DNA from: an uncultured Ruminiclostridium sp.
GTDB taxonomy: Bacteria; Bacillota; Clostridia; Oscillospirales; Ruminococcaceae
DNA: 64,000 nucleotides
Direction: 5' to 3'
Assembly (NCBI GenBank): GCA_964456025.1
Contig: CAYVZH010000010.1
Location: 349 to 64,348 of the forward strand
Each line of letters opens with the position of its first letter. Position 1 is the first letter of the stretch. The position numbers and the translations under genes were made by a program. Of this stretch, positions 30,168-40,326 are shown in pieces. The notes under the pieces were generated by a model, which was not told the DNA's origin, searched no databases, and saw nothing but the letters and a program-made list of their open reading frames with translations.

Positions 30168-30381
30168 AACGCCGCCCCCTGCACCTTTGGGAAAAACGAA
30201 AAGGCGGATCTGCCGCGCAAAATCGAAAAATGCCACGCAAAGCAGCAAAATTCTCCGAAATGCCACGGCTGCTTTCTTGTAAAGTAAGGCTCGGTTTGCT
30301 ATAATGAAGCCATCAAAGGAAGAAGGCGCACACTTCCCGCGGGAAGCGAAGTCCTCCTTTAAGAAAGGAAAGGTGGCAAAT

Positions 30382-31263
30382 ATGACATTTGCAGAAAAAT
30401 TAAAAAATATCCGCAAGCATGCGGGAATCTCACAGGAGCAATTGGCCGAAAAGATCGGCGTGTCGAGACAGGCGGTCACAAAATGGGAAACGGGAACGGG
30501 GATCCCGGACATTGAAAATATCATGGCGATCTCCGCGCTGTTTGACGTGTCGATCGACGAGCTTCTTTCCAATGAAAAAACACAAAAGGAGCAGGCGGAT
30601 TTCCTGTTCGAGAGCATTACGGAATATGACATTGACGAGCCGAAGCGCTATGATATGAAGTTCGGCGGCGCAAGCCGGCTTGTGATCCGGGGATATGACG
30701 GAGAAAAGCTCCGTGTGCGTCTTGCCTCGAATACCCTGTCCACCGTTCAGAATGACTTTAAGGTCAAGATCGACGACGTACGGAATCGGATCGATGTGGA
30801 CGTGATCCGCAAAAACGACGTGACGGAAGCGGCGGCAAAGGAGGCTGTCACGATTTTTGTCAGCCTGCCGAGCCCCTACCTCGGAAAGATCGAGGCGGCG
30901 GTCAACGCCGAAACCGTTGAGATCGGTTCGCTGGAATGCGAGAGCATTGAGCTGGACGCAAAGATCGGGCACCTGATTTTAGACGGCGTGGTCGGTACGG
31001 TCGAAATAAACTGCAATCTGGATATGAATATCGAATGCCGCACCCTCAGCGGCGCGGTGGAGGTCAACCAGCTTTCGGCGACCTCAAGAATCTCCGTGCC
31101 AGAGGACGCCGCCTTTACCGCGCTTGTCAAAGGGGTCGGCACCAGCATTTCTTACGAGAGAAACGGAAAGTCCGCCGAGCCCTTCTGTACGCCCGATGCG
31201 GACAATGTGATCGAGCTGAACGGAATGAAAAGCGAGCTGATCATCTGTACGGATCGGAAATAA
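30382..31263 (+). CDS. XRE-family HTH regulator with C-terminal DUF4097-like beta-helix
   Basis: FAEKLKNIRK..SQEQLAEKIGVSRQAVTKWETG..PDIENI; repetitive beta-strand C-terminus. Confidence 0.8.
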   Translation: MTFAEKLKNIRKHAGISQEQLAEKIGVSRQAVTKWETGTGIPDIENIMAISALFDVSIDELLSNEKTQKEQADFLFESITEYDIDEPKRYDMKFGGASRLVIRGYDGEKLRVRLASNTLSTVQNDFKVKIDDVRNRIDVDVIRKNDVTEAAAKEAVTIFVSLPSPYLGKIEAAVNAETVEIGSLECESIELDAKIGHLILDGVVGTVEINCNLDMNIECRTLSGAVEVNQLSATSRISVPEDAAFTALVKGVGTSISYERNGKSAEPFCTPDADNVIELNGMKSELIICTDRK

Positions 31264-31297
31264 GCGCCGCTGTCTTCCCGACAGGGAACGCGGCGTA

Positions 31298-32287
31298 TTA
31301 CCGCGATCCTGCTTCATCGTCAAATTCGACCGTCCGCACCCATTCGCCGCCGATCTTTTCGATCGTATACCGCGCGCCGATCTCCGAGTTTTCAAAAATA
31401 AGATTGCCGACCTGTGTTTTGAATTCCAGCCTGTCGGGCGATTCGGAAACAAGATACACGGGATAAAATTGATACCAGTCATCATGGCGAAGCGGTATTG
31501 TGATTTCCTCGCCTTCATACTCAATATTGGATTCACGCTCAATATCGATCAGCAGTTCAAGGTCAATGCCGTAATCCCGCGACATTTCATAAAGCTTATA
31601 AATGCTTAGGAAATTCTCTTCGGGCTCGTTCGGCGGAGCGTCGGTTTTTGTAAGAACGGGGGTTTCGTGGTTTTTACGATCACCCGCATATAACAGCCCG
31701 TTCGTACTCCCCACCAGCCATTCCGCATACATTTGATCGGGATCGTTGATATCCAGCCAAAAAAGCTCTGCTCCGGCCTGCCCGCTTATCTTGAAAGCAA
31801 GCACGTTTTCGCTGACTCTGTAAAACCCGGTGAACCGCCAATTCGCGTCATTCATCAGAAACGCTTTTTCCGAATCGTCTATAATAAACAGAGGAAAGCT
31901 TCCTCCGAAAATAGCTTCACCGTCCCATGTCCCGAAAAAATATTCTCTGAAAAGGTCAAAATCATCGGATTCCTGCCATTGATCCATATCGACGCAAATT
32001 TCCCCGTCGTCAATTTGATAACCGATCAGTTCAAGCGCCGAGAAATCCGTTTCTTCGGAGGGTTCCGCCATGGTGTCCGCCGCGGTGGTCGTTGTGACAG
32101 GCGGTTCGTCCGCCGATGTTGACGGAGAAGTTTCCGCCGCCGCGGTCGTTGTGACAGGCTGCTCGTCCGCCGATATTGACGAAGAGGTGTCGATCGTGGT
32201 TGTTTGTTCCGTGCTGTCATTGCTGCCGCAGGCGGCAACGGAAAAAAGCATGGCTATGGCAGTCAGAAGCACAGGAAATCGTTTCAC
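31298..32287 (-). CDS. Hypothetical lipoprotein with Thr-rich linker
   Basis: Lipobox VAAC; duplicated SADE(Q/P)PVTTT linker. Confidence 0.7.
   Translation of the reverse strand: MKRFPVLLTAIAMLFSVAACGSNDSTEQTTTIDTSSSISADEQPVTTTAAAETSPSTSADEPPVTTTTAADTMAEPSEETDFSALELIGYQIDDGEICVDMDQWQESDDFDLFREYFFGTWDGEAIFGGSFPLFIIDDSEKAFLMNDANWRFTGFYRVSENVLAFKISGQAGAELFWLDINDPDQMYAEWLVGSTNGLLYAGDRKNHETPVLTKTDAPPNEPEENFLSIYKLYEMSRDYGIDLELLIDIERESNIEYEGEEITIPLRHDDWYQFYPVYLVSESPDRLEFKTQVGNLIFENSEIGARYTIEKIGGEWVRTVEFDDEAGSR
32087..32174. repeat. 57-bp-spaced tandem duplication in the lipoprotein linker
   Basis: GGTCGTTGTGACAGGC(G/T)G(T/C)TCGTCCGCCGAT at 32087 and 32144. Confidence 0.75.
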
Positions 32288-32385
32288 GGCAAGCTCCTTT
32301 CATATAAGTGCAAATTTCCAAAACCCGCGCGGTGCGGACGTTCCGCCAAAAACGGAACGCCCGCCGAACCTCGCGGGTTTTTCCG

Positions 32386-34527
32386 TTATTCCGCGTCGGC
32401 GGACTTCACCGCCTGCACCAAAATAAAGTCGATCTGCCCCGCCGAAACGTCCGCCCTCACGCACTTTACACGCACCCGATCGCCGACCGTGTAGACGGTA
32501 TTCGAGAGCGTTTCCGCAAGCATGACCCCGCCGCGAAGCTCATATGCCCCCGCGGGGAGCGAGAGGGTATCGACCTTCCCCTCGACCGTATTTTCCAGCT
32601 CGACGAAAAACCCGCTCGCGATCACGCCCGAAATGAATCCCTCGTATTCCTCGCCGACGTGTCCGCGCATATATTCCGCCATATAAAATTTATCGCAGTC
32701 ACGCTCCGCCGAGACCGCGACCAGCTCGGTCATGCTTGCCCGATAGGCGGCTTCGTGCGCGAATTTCTTATATTTCCGCTGTACCTTCTCGATCGGCGCG
32801 CCCGAAACCACGTCACTTAAAATGCGGTGGATCGAAAGATCGGCATAGCGGCGGATCGGGGAGGTGAAGTGGCTGTATTCCTTCATCACAAGCCCGAAAT
32901 GCCCGAGCGGCTCCTCGCTGTACTTCGCCTTCATCATGGTGCGCAGGACGAGGTTCCCGATCACCTGCGCGCGCGGGCTTTCCGCCGTCCGCCGGAGAAG
33001 TCCCGCGAGATCGGCGGCGGTGCTTTTTTCGGAGATCCCTTTCGGATCCTCGCCGAGATTGACGAGCGTCTGCTGAAGCTGTAAAAGCTTATCCCCGTCG
33101 GGCGCTTCGTGGACGCGGTAAACGAACGGGAAGCCCTTCTCCATGGCAAGCTTCGCCGCGCAGTTATTCGCGCAGAGCATAAATTCCTCGATCATTTCCT
33201 CGGAAAAGCCGCGCGTGCGCTCCTTGATGTCCACGCAAACGCCATCCGGGTTGCAGATGATCTTGCTTTCGCGGGAATTGATCTCCGGCGCGCCGCGCCC
33301 GATCCTGTTATTCTTTAAAATTTCGGTCAGCTCGCAGAAAATCGGGATCGCACCGCTTACCTCGGCATATTTTTGGCGGATCGCCTCGTCCGCCGTCCCG
33401 TCGATGAGCCGGTTCACCTCGCTGTAAACGCCCTGTACCCGCGAGCGGATCACGCTTTTCACAAAGCGGAAGGAGACGATCTCCCCGCTTTTGCTCAGCT
33501 CCATTAAGCAGGAGAATGCGAGCCGCTCGGTATTCGGGTTGAGCGAGCAGATCCCGTTGGAAAGCTGCTTCGGGAGCATGGGGATCACGCGGTCGGCGAT
33601 ATAAATGCTTGTCCCGCGGCGGAACGCCTCTTCGTCGAGCGGGCTTCCTTTTTTGACATAATATGATACGTCCGCGATGTGTACGCCGAGGGCATAGCCC
33701 GTTTTCGTCCGCGCGATATGGATCGCGTCGTCAATATCCTTCGTATCCGCGCCGTCAATGGTAAAGATCGGAAGCTCGCGAAGATCCTCACGCGCGGCAA
33801 TTTCCTTCGCCTTGATCCCGTTCGCCTCGATCTTTTCCGCTTCGCCGACCGCTTCATCGGGAAACGCGAGCGAGACCGCCTTTTCCTCCAGATACGCGTC
33901 CACCGAAACCCGCGCAAAATCGGAGCTTCCGTACACCGATTCGATGTCTGCCGTGATGTCGCCGTGATGCTCGGCACGCTCGTGAACGGTAAATTTTACC
34001 TTATCCCCGTTATGAAGCTCGTTCCCGTTTCGCTTCACGATCCGAAGCGGCTCGGCGGAAAAGCTGTCGGGGCGGAGCCGAAGCGTCCCGTTCACGTCCG
34101 CGACCGTCCCCGTCAGAACGCCGTCTGTCTCCTGCTCGATCAGGACGACCGCCGCGCTGTCCGAGGCGTGGGTCTCGTCGCGGGTATTCGTCACGCGCGC
34201 GAGAACCGTGTCTCCCGGGATCGCGCCGAGAAGATCCCGCCCGCGCACGAACAGATCCTCGCCCGTTTTTTCGTTGCGGATAAAGCCGTGCGAGGCGGCA
34301 ACGCGAACGACCGTCCCCGTAAAATAACGCTTCAGTCCCTTCAGGCGGAGCGTCCCCTTCGCGCGGGCGACCGTTCCGTCGCGCTCAAGCGCGGACAAAA
34401 CGCCCAGTACGCGCTTTTTATCCTTTTTCGAGATCTTCATCGCCGAAAGCAGCGACCCCTCGCTCATTCCCTCTTTTTTCGCCTCCAGTAAATGACGGAC
34501 GATCTCTTCGCGATATTTGTTTTTCAT
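32386..34527 (-). CDS. rnr: Ribonuclease R
   Basis: FTIDGADTKDIDDA, VHIADVSYYV, HFTSPIRRYADL, C-terminal S1 domain. Confidence 0.95.
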   Translation of the reverse strand: MKNKYREEIVRHLLEAKKEGMSEGSLLSAMKISKKDKKRVLGVLSALERDGTVARAKGTLRLKGLKRYFTGTVVRVAASHGFIRNEKTGEDLFVRGRDLLGAIPGDTVLARVTNTRDETHASDSAAVVLIEQETDGVLTGTVADVNGTLRLRPDSFSAEPLRIVKRNGNELHNGDKVKFTVHERAEHHGDITADIESVYGSSDFARVSVDAYLEEKAVSLAFPDEAVGEAEKIEANGIKAKEIAAREDLRELPIFTIDGADTKDIDDAIHIARTKTGYALGVHIADVSYYVKKGSPLDEEAFRRGTSIYIADRVIPMLPKQLSNGICSLNPNTERLAFSCLMELSKSGEIVSFRFVKSVIRSRVQGVYSEVNRLIDGTADEAIRQKYAEVSGAIPIFCELTEILKNNRIGRGAPEINSRESKIICNPDGVCVDIKERTRGFSEEMIEEFMLCANNCAAKLAMEKGFPFVYRVHEAPDGDKLLQLQQTLVNLGEDPKGISEKSTAADLAGLLRRTAESPRAQVIGNLVLRTMMKAKYSEEPLGHFGLVMKEYSHFTSPIRRYADLSIHRILSDVVSGAPIEKVQRKYKKFAHEAAYRASMTELVAVSAERDCDKFYMAEYMRGHVGEEYEGFISGVIASGFFVELENTVEGKVDTLSLPAGAYELRGGVMLAETLSNTVYTVGDRVRVKCVRADVSAGQIDFILVQAVKSADAE

Positions 34528-35255
34528 GGACGTGACCCTTCCTTTCCGTTGTCTTCAATTTCTTTACGCCGTTCCGATTCCCCGATTGCGTCAATTGCCT
34601 CGCAGGAAAATTTCACCTCGCCAAGCAGGCTGTCGTAAAAATCCTTAGCAGCCTTTTTCCGAAGCGCGGCAAGCTCCGCGCCCTTTTTCGTATAAAACCT
34701 GTCATAAATTTTTTCAAGCTTCCATTTATATTCGCGGAAAAAAGAGGTCGTCCGAAGCTCGTTCCCGCCGCTTCCGCTCCCGTCGCAGACAGTCCCGTCC
34801 GCGTTCAGCGTATACAACGGCTCGGAAACGATCCCTTTATACATCAGCGTGCGGGCGATCCCCATCGCGCCCGCGGCGTCGAGCTTATCCGCGTCGAACA
34901 GGATCTTTTCCTCGGCCGTTTGCGGCTCGTTCCCGCTCCGATAGCGGTGGGTCAGGATACAGCGCGCCACTTTTCGGGCAAAATCCGCGCCGAAGCCGCT
35001 TTCCGTCAGGAACCGCTCCGCCTTTTCCGCGCCGACGCGGGCGTGGCAGAGCGAAGGATCGCGGTATTGCTCCTCCCGTCCGATGTCGTGGAGCAGGCAG
35101 GCGCAGATCAGCACGTCGTAATCGACCCCTTCCTCCTCCCGCGCGATCCGAAGCGCATTATTCAGCACGCGGTAAACGTGCTCGCGGTCGTGCGCGCTGT
35201 CCTTCATGCAGGAGAGCATAAACTGCTCGATCTTCTCGTAAACCTCTTTTGTCAT
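34524..35255 (-). CDS. HD-domain phosphohydrolase
   Basis: AHDREHVYRV, CLLHDIG, ILFDADKLDA. Confidence 0.88.
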   Translation of the reverse strand: MTKEVYEKIEQFMLSCMKDSAHDREHVYRVLNNALRIAREEEGVDYDVLICACLLHDIGREEQYRDPSLCHARVGAEKAERFLTESGFGADFARKVARCILTHRYRSGNEPQTAEEKILFDADKLDAAGAMGIARTLMYKGIVSEPLYTLNADGTVCDGSGSGGNELRTTSFFREYKWKLEKIYDRFYTKKGAELAALRKKAAKDFYDSLLGEVKFSCEAIDAIGESERRKEIEDNGKEGSRP

Positions 35256-35297
35256 TTAGTTCTCCCTATGTTTTTTTGTACAGGCTTCCCGCCGATT

Positions 35298-36704
35298 TTA
35301 TTTATTCGGACGATAAAGCTTCGTTCCCGCCGACCGCCGCACCAGCGCCCGTCCCTCCGCGACGCTTTTCAGCTCTCCCGCCCCGACAAAGGCGCAGAGC
35401 GCGTTCCCGATCGCGGTCGCCTCGCTCGGCCCCGCAACGACAATTCTCCCCGTCTTATTCGCGGTCAATTGGCAAAGCAGCGCGTCCTTCGATCCGCCGC
35501 CGAACAGATACAGCTTCTCATAGCGGCGGTCGGTGATCCCTTCGAGATCGGTGAGCGTTTGCGCAAACGCCGCCGCAAGCCCGTCATACACCGCGCGGAG
35601 CAGTCCCGCCGTCTCTGTCGGAACGGGCTGTCCGGTTTTTTTCAGGTGCTCGGTAATTTTTTGAAGCATTTCTCCCGGCGCGGCGAAGCTTTCGTCGTTC
35701 GGGTCGATTTTTCCGCCCTCATGCGTGCCTGCCGCAAGCGATTCCATTTCCGCGAAGCTCATCGGCGTTCCTTTTTCGGCAAGGTCGCGGCGGCATTCCT
35801 GCAAAAGCCACATTCCCATGATATTTTTCAGCAGCGTCACGGTTTCCCCGTGTCCGCGCTCGTTCGTAAGCCCCGCGCGAAACGCCTCCCCACTGATGAC
35901 CGGGCGGGAAAGCTCCGTCCCGAACAATGCCCATGTGCCCGTACTGATAAAAATGAACTCGTCCTCCTCCGCGGGGACTGCCGCGACGGCGGCGGCGGTA
36001 TCGTGGCTCGGGACGGCGATCACGGGGATCGCCATTTTCCGCCGTGTAAATCCGGGCTTTAAAAAGCCGTACCGCCCGCCCGTCCGAAGGAGCGGACAAA
36101 AAATTTCGGAGGAGATCCCGAGCGTGTCGAGAATCTCCCTGTCCCAGCTTTGCTCCGCTGGGTTCAGCAGGGAAGTGGTGGACGCTTCGGCGATCTCGTT
36201 GTGAAACTCCCCCGTCAGGAAATGCGCGATCAGGTCGGGCATCATCAAGAAGCGGACATTCCCCGAAAGGCTTTCGGGACGGGCTTTTTTGAGGGCGTAA
36301 AGCTGGTAGATCGTGTTGAACCATTCGGGCTGGATCCCCGTTTTTTGGTACAGCTTTTCCGCTCCGCCGAACAGCGCGTTGACCTCGTCGTAGACCGCCG
36401 CCGTCCGGCGGTCGCGGTAATGAGCGGGCTTTTCAACAAAATTCCCCGCCTCGTCCAGAATTGCGAAATCGACCCCCCAGGTGTCGATCGAGACCGCGCC
36501 GTAGCCGTACGGCTCCGCCTTTTCGAGAGCGATCTTTACCTCGGCGAACAGCGCGTCGATGTCCCAATAGAGGAGCGTTCCGTCCACCGTGATCGGCGTG
36601 TTCGCAAAGCGGTGTACCTCCGTCAGATCAATGCGATCGTCTTTCAGCTCTGCGATCATTGCCCGCGCGGACGACGCCCCGAAATCAAATACCAAAACCG
36701 ACAT
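35298..36704 (-). CDS. Rhamnulokinase/fuculokinase-like FGGY sugar kinase
   Basis: VFDFGASSAR, SIDTWGVDF, HYRDRRT, SHDTAAA, ISTGTWAL, NIMGMWLLQE. Confidence 0.88.
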   Translation of the reverse strand: MSVLVFDFGASSARAMIAELKDDRIDLTEVHRFANTPITVDGTLLYWDIDALFAEVKIALEKAEPYGYGAVSIDTWGVDFAILDEAGNFVEKPAHYRDRRTAAVYDEVNALFGGAEKLYQKTGIQPEWFNTIYQLYALKKARPESLSGNVRFLMMPDLIAHFLTGEFHNEIAEASTTSLLNPAEQSWDREILDTLGISSEIFCPLLRTGGRYGFLKPGFTRRKMAIPVIAVPSHDTAAAVAAVPAEEDEFIFISTGTWALFGTELSRPVISGEAFRAGLTNERGHGETVTLLKNIMGMWLLQECRRDLAEKGTPMSFAEMESLAAGTHEGGKIDPNDESFAAPGEMLQKITEHLKKTGQPVPTETAGLLRAVYDGLAAAFAQTLTDLEGITDRRYEKLYLFGGGSKDALLCQLTANKTGRIVVAGPSEATAIGNALCAFVGAGELKSVAEGRALVRRSAGTKLYRPNK

Positions 36705-36807
36705 AGTCAGCCCTCCTAAAATTTTATCGTAAGATGAACAAAAGAAACTTTTCGGCAAGCTTTTGCTTGTGGTTTTTTGGAGATCAGTATAAAATCCCCC
36801 TATTGAA

Positions 36808-36841
36808 AAAATAGCCCCGTATTCTCATACGAGGCTATTTC
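36808..36841 (-). terminator. Intrinsic terminator
   Basis: AAAATAGCC..GGCTATTTT stem after the surface-protein gene. Confidence 0.65.
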
Positions 36842-36853
36842 GATCATTTTCGC

Positions 36854-37654
36854 TTACTTTCTCTTCTTCGCTACGAGAACCGCGCCGCCCGCTACGATCG
36901 CAAGACCCGCGATCACCGCTACGTCAGCGATACCGGTTTCGGGAGAGCCCTTCGACGAGTCGGTCGCAGCCGCTACATCGCCCGCAGCGGGAGCCTGTGT
37001 CTCGGCAGGAGCCGCTTCGGTTTCCGCAGGAGTCGCATCAGCAGGAGCCGCGTCGTCTAAGCCGTATACGTCAAAAGTGATCTCAAGCTTCGACCATTCG
37101 CCGATGTCGCCCGGATCAATAACCGCTGCGCTTGCATTCGCCGGATCCTTTGTAACAATATCTTCCTTGGAAGCGTCAAAGCTTGCCCACTGGTTGTAAA
37201 GATTGGTTCTTCTTCCGTTATCCTCATCGTTCGTGAAGGTGTTTCCGCTGATCGCGATCTCCGTACCGTCCACCTTCAGCGAAGTAACATCAACGCCGAG
37301 CGTCGGATATTCGCCGTAGATCTGTACGCCGAGTACCGCAATGCCGTTACCGGTCGTAAGCTCGAGCAGATCGCCGGTATCCTCGTCTACCCAGCCGTCA
37401 ACGGTGTAGCCCGCCGAAAGATCGATCGAAACAGTGTATGTACCGTTGCCGTCGAGCTTGGCGGTCTGCTGAAGCGCGCTCGTAAGACCCTCGGGATCGC
37501 CTTCTTTTCCCCAGAAGGAAACCTTCCAGTCATTATCCGCAACACCGATAATGAATACACCCTGTTCCACGGGTTCTGCCGAAGCGCAGATCGTCGCCGC
37601 AGAAGCCGATACCGCCAGCGCAAGCGCGCCGGAAAGAATATTTCTTACCTTCAT
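36854..37654 (-). CDS. Sortase-anchored surface protein
   Basis: Signal peptide, Ala/Pro/Thr linker, SPETG motif plus hydrophobic helix plus KKRK tail. Confidence 0.8.
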   Translation of the reverse strand: MKVRNILSGALALAVSASAATICASAEPVEQGVFIIGVADNDWKVSFWGKEGDPEGLTSALQQTAKLDGNGTYTVSIDLSAGYTVDGWVDEDTGDLLELTTGNGIAVLGVQIYGEYPTLGVDVTSLKVDGTEIAISGNTFTNDEDNGRRTNLYNQWASFDASKEDIVTKDPANASAAVIDPGDIGEWSKLEITFDVYGLDDAAPADATPAETEAAPAETQAPAAGDVAAATDSSKGSPETGIADVAVIAGLAIVAGGAVLVAKKRK

Positions 37655-37838
37655 TGATTTTTCCTCCAAAAATTCGTTTCATGCTTTTTCATGGGAGCAA
37701 TCGAAAATGCTCCACTTTTATTATAACGAAAGTTCCTACCGGATTCAATTGACAAATTGCACAAAAAACAAGACTTCATTAAGGAGATAGCGCACAAAAA
37801 AGTGTCATGCAATTGCGTTTATTGTTCTTGATTTGTAC

Positions 37839-39104
37839 TTAGATTGCATTTAAACCGCGGTCGATGTCCGCCAGAATATCCCCGATCGCCTCCAGCCCGA
37901 CGGAAAAGCGGATCAGTCCGCCGTCGATCCCCGCCGCGGCAAGCTGTTCCTCGGAAAGCTGACGGTGCGTCGCGGAAGCGGGGTGAAGCACGCAGGTGCG
38001 GATATCCGCGACGTGAACCTCGTTTGAGGCGAGGTTCAGGCTGTCCATAAAGCGGACGGCGTTCTCGCGCCCGCCCTTGATCGAAACGGAGATCACACCG
38101 CTCGCCCCAAGAGGGAGGTATTTCTGCGCCAGAGAGTAATACTTATCCCCCGGAAGTCCCGGATACATCACCGCCGCGACCTTTTCCGAAGCCCGGAAGC
38201 GCTCGGCGGCTTTGACCGCGTTCCGACAGTACTGCGGCATACGGACGGCGAGCGTCTCCAGCCCGAGATTGAGCAGGAACGAGCTGTTTGCGGCGGGGTA
38301 ACAGCCGAAATCGCGCATAAGCTGCATTCTCGCCTTGGTCAGATACGGCGCGGCGGGGTAGTCACGGGTATAAACGATCCCGTGATAGCTTTCGTCCGGC
38401 TCGGTCAGGCAGGGGAACTTCCCGCCCGTCCAGTCGAACTTCCCGCTGTCCACGATCACGCCGCCGACCTGAACCGCGTGTCCGTCCATGTATTTGCTGG
38501 TCGAATGAACGACGATGTCCGCGCCCCATTCCATCGGGCGGCAGAGGATCGGTGTCGCGAAGGTGTTGTCCACAATGAGCGGAACGCCGTTCGCGTGCGC
38601 GGCGCGCGCCCATTTTTCAATATCGAGCACAGTAAGCGCGGGGTTCGCGATCGTTTCGCCGAAATAAAGCTTTGTCGTCGGCTTCGCCGCCTTGCGCAGG
38701 GTCTCCTCGTCCGCGTCCGCGTCCACGAAAATGCACTCGATCCCCATTTTTTTCAGGGTGAAGGCGAAAAGATTGACCGTCCCGCCGTAGATCGAGGAGG
38801 ACGCGACAAAGCTGTCGCCCGCCTCGCAGAGATTCAGAACGGAGAGGAGGGAAGCCGCCTGTCCGCTCGAAGTGCACATCGCCGCCGCGCCGCCCTCGAG
38901 ATCGGCAATTTTCTTTTCAACCGCGTCGGTCGTCGGATTCGCGAAGCGCGAATAGATCAGTCCCGCCGTCGGATCGTCGAAAACGTGCGCGACCGCGTCG
39001 GTCGAATCGTAAACGTAGGTCGTGCTCTGGACGATCGGGACGACGCGGGGTTCTCCGTTTTTGGGCGCATAGCCCGAATGTAGGCATTTTGTTTCGTTTT
39101 GCAT
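37839..39104 (-). CDS. metY: O-acetylhomoserine aminocarboxypropyltransferase (Cys/Met metabolism PLP enzyme)
   Basis: IYSRFANPT, TSSGQAA, DNTFATP, HSTSKYMDGH, HPASATHRQL, IRFSVGLE. Confidence 0.9.
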   Translation of the reverse strand: MQNETKCLHSGYAPKNGEPRVVPIVQSTTYVYDSTDAVAHVFDDPTAGLIYSRFANPTTDAVEKKIADLEGGAAAMCTSSGQAASLLSVLNLCEAGDSFVASSSIYGGTVNLFAFTLKKMGIECIFVDADADEETLRKAAKPTTKLYFGETIANPALTVLDIEKWARAAHANGVPLIVDNTFATPILCRPMEWGADIVVHSTSKYMDGHAVQVGGVIVDSGKFDWTGGKFPCLTEPDESYHGIVYTRDYPAAPYLTKARMQLMRDFGCYPAANSSFLLNLGLETLAVRMPQYCRNAVKAAERFRASEKVAAVMYPGLPGDKYYSLAQKYLPLGASGVISVSIKGGRENAVRFMDSLNLASNEVHVADIRTCVLHPASATHRQLSEEQLAAAGIDGGLIRFSVGLEAIGDILADIDRGLNAI

Positions 39105-39167
39105 TTTTCCTTTCCTTTCTTTAAAGAAGATTAAAGAGATATTCATCAAGCGACCTGCGCTTTACAC

Positions 39168-40283
39168 TCATTCCACCTTCGTCTTTTTCCCGACCAGAAG
39201 CGAGACTGTCCCGCCGACCGCAAACATAAGCAGACCTGCGAGCGTCGCAAGATTCAGCCCGAAGCCCGCGGGGAATACCGCGAAAACCGACCCTGCCACT
39301 AAGCCGAGGATCACGCTGAAGGTCATCAAACGGAAGCGCTTCATTAAAAACGTCACGAGCCGCGCGCCGAGAATGATCCCGCCGACCGCGCCGACCGCCA
39401 CCGGAACAAGCGTCAGAACATCAAGCTCCTTGATCGCGCCGATCACGGGCGCGTATGTCCCGAGCGTCACCATGACGAACGAGCCGGAAACGCCCGGAAT
39501 GATCATGGCGATCGCGGCGACAAACGTCGCGAGCAGGAGTTTCACAAACAACCCCGTACTCATCGCGTAGCGGGAGACCGCCTCAAATTCGCCGAGCGTT
39601 CCGCCCTCGACCGTAAAGACCGCGCTTTCGCCCGGCGCGAGCGTGGGATTTTTCGGCACGATCGTGTTCGGAACGCCCTCGCCTTCGCCAAGCCCGAAGA
39701 TCCCCTTGATCTTATCGACCGTCCCCGGCTTGTATTCGACCGTATAGTCCCCGCCCGCGACGGTAATGCCCGAAAAGTCCGTTTCCGCCTCGATCGACCA
39801 GCTTTCGACCGCGGGATTGCCGCTCGGATTAGTCACGGTCACCGTTCCGCCGGATATCATGACCTTCAGGCCGTCCTGCGCCGAACCGCTCTGGAGCAGC
39901 GTAAGCCCGACCACCGCCGCAAGCCCGATCAGAAACGGCGCAAAACAGGACGGACGGAATTTCTCCGAAACGGTCGCGTTCCGGAGAATGAGCGGGACGC
40001 TCCCGAGGATCAGCCCCATAAAGAACAAGTTCGTCTGTACAGGACAGTTCTCAAACAGCCACGAGATCACGAACGCAAAGCCGAGAATCCCGACCACCGC
40101 GCCGATCCCGAAAAAGATGAGAAAAACGATATTTTTCTTGATTTCTTTTAAATTCAGCGTGAGTGCGCCGCAGACCTTATCGTAGCAGCCGAACACAACA
40201 AGCATGGTTCCCCCGCTTACGCCGGGGATAATATTGGCGATCCCGAAGACAAGCCCGTAAAATACAGCAAATAAATTTTGCAT
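39168..40283 (-). CDS. DUF368 family membrane protein with an inserted extracytoplasmic domain
   Basis: ANIIPGVSGGT and MIIPGVSGS repeats typical of DUF368; about 110-aa soluble insert between the halves. Confidence 0.85.
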   Translation of the reverse strand: MQNLFAVFYGLVFGIANIIPGVSGGTMLVVFGCYDKVCGALTLNLKEIKKNIVFLIFFGIGAVVGILGFAFVISWLFENCPVQTNLFFMGLILGSVPLILRNATVSEKFRPSCFAPFLIGLAAVVGLTLLQSGSAQDGLKVMISGGTVTVTNPSGNPAVESWSIEAETDFSGITVAGGDYTVEYKPGTVDKIKGIFGLGEGEGVPNTIVPKNPTLAPGESAVFTVEGGTLGEFEAVSRYAMSTGLFVKLLLATFVAAIAMIIPGVSGSFVMVTLGTYAPVIGAIKELDVLTLVPVAVGAVGGIILGARLVTFLMKRFRLMTFSVILGLVAGSVFAVFPAGFGLNLATLAGLLMFAVGGTVSLLVGKKTKVE

Positions 40284-40326
40284 AGATTTTTCCTTTTTGT
40301 TTATTTTTGAGAGATTTAATAAATTT

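Noticed and set aside
39105-39167. SAM or T-box riboswitch upstream of metY
   Set aside because: Only about 60 bp separate it from the upstream gene and no aptamer motif is visible.
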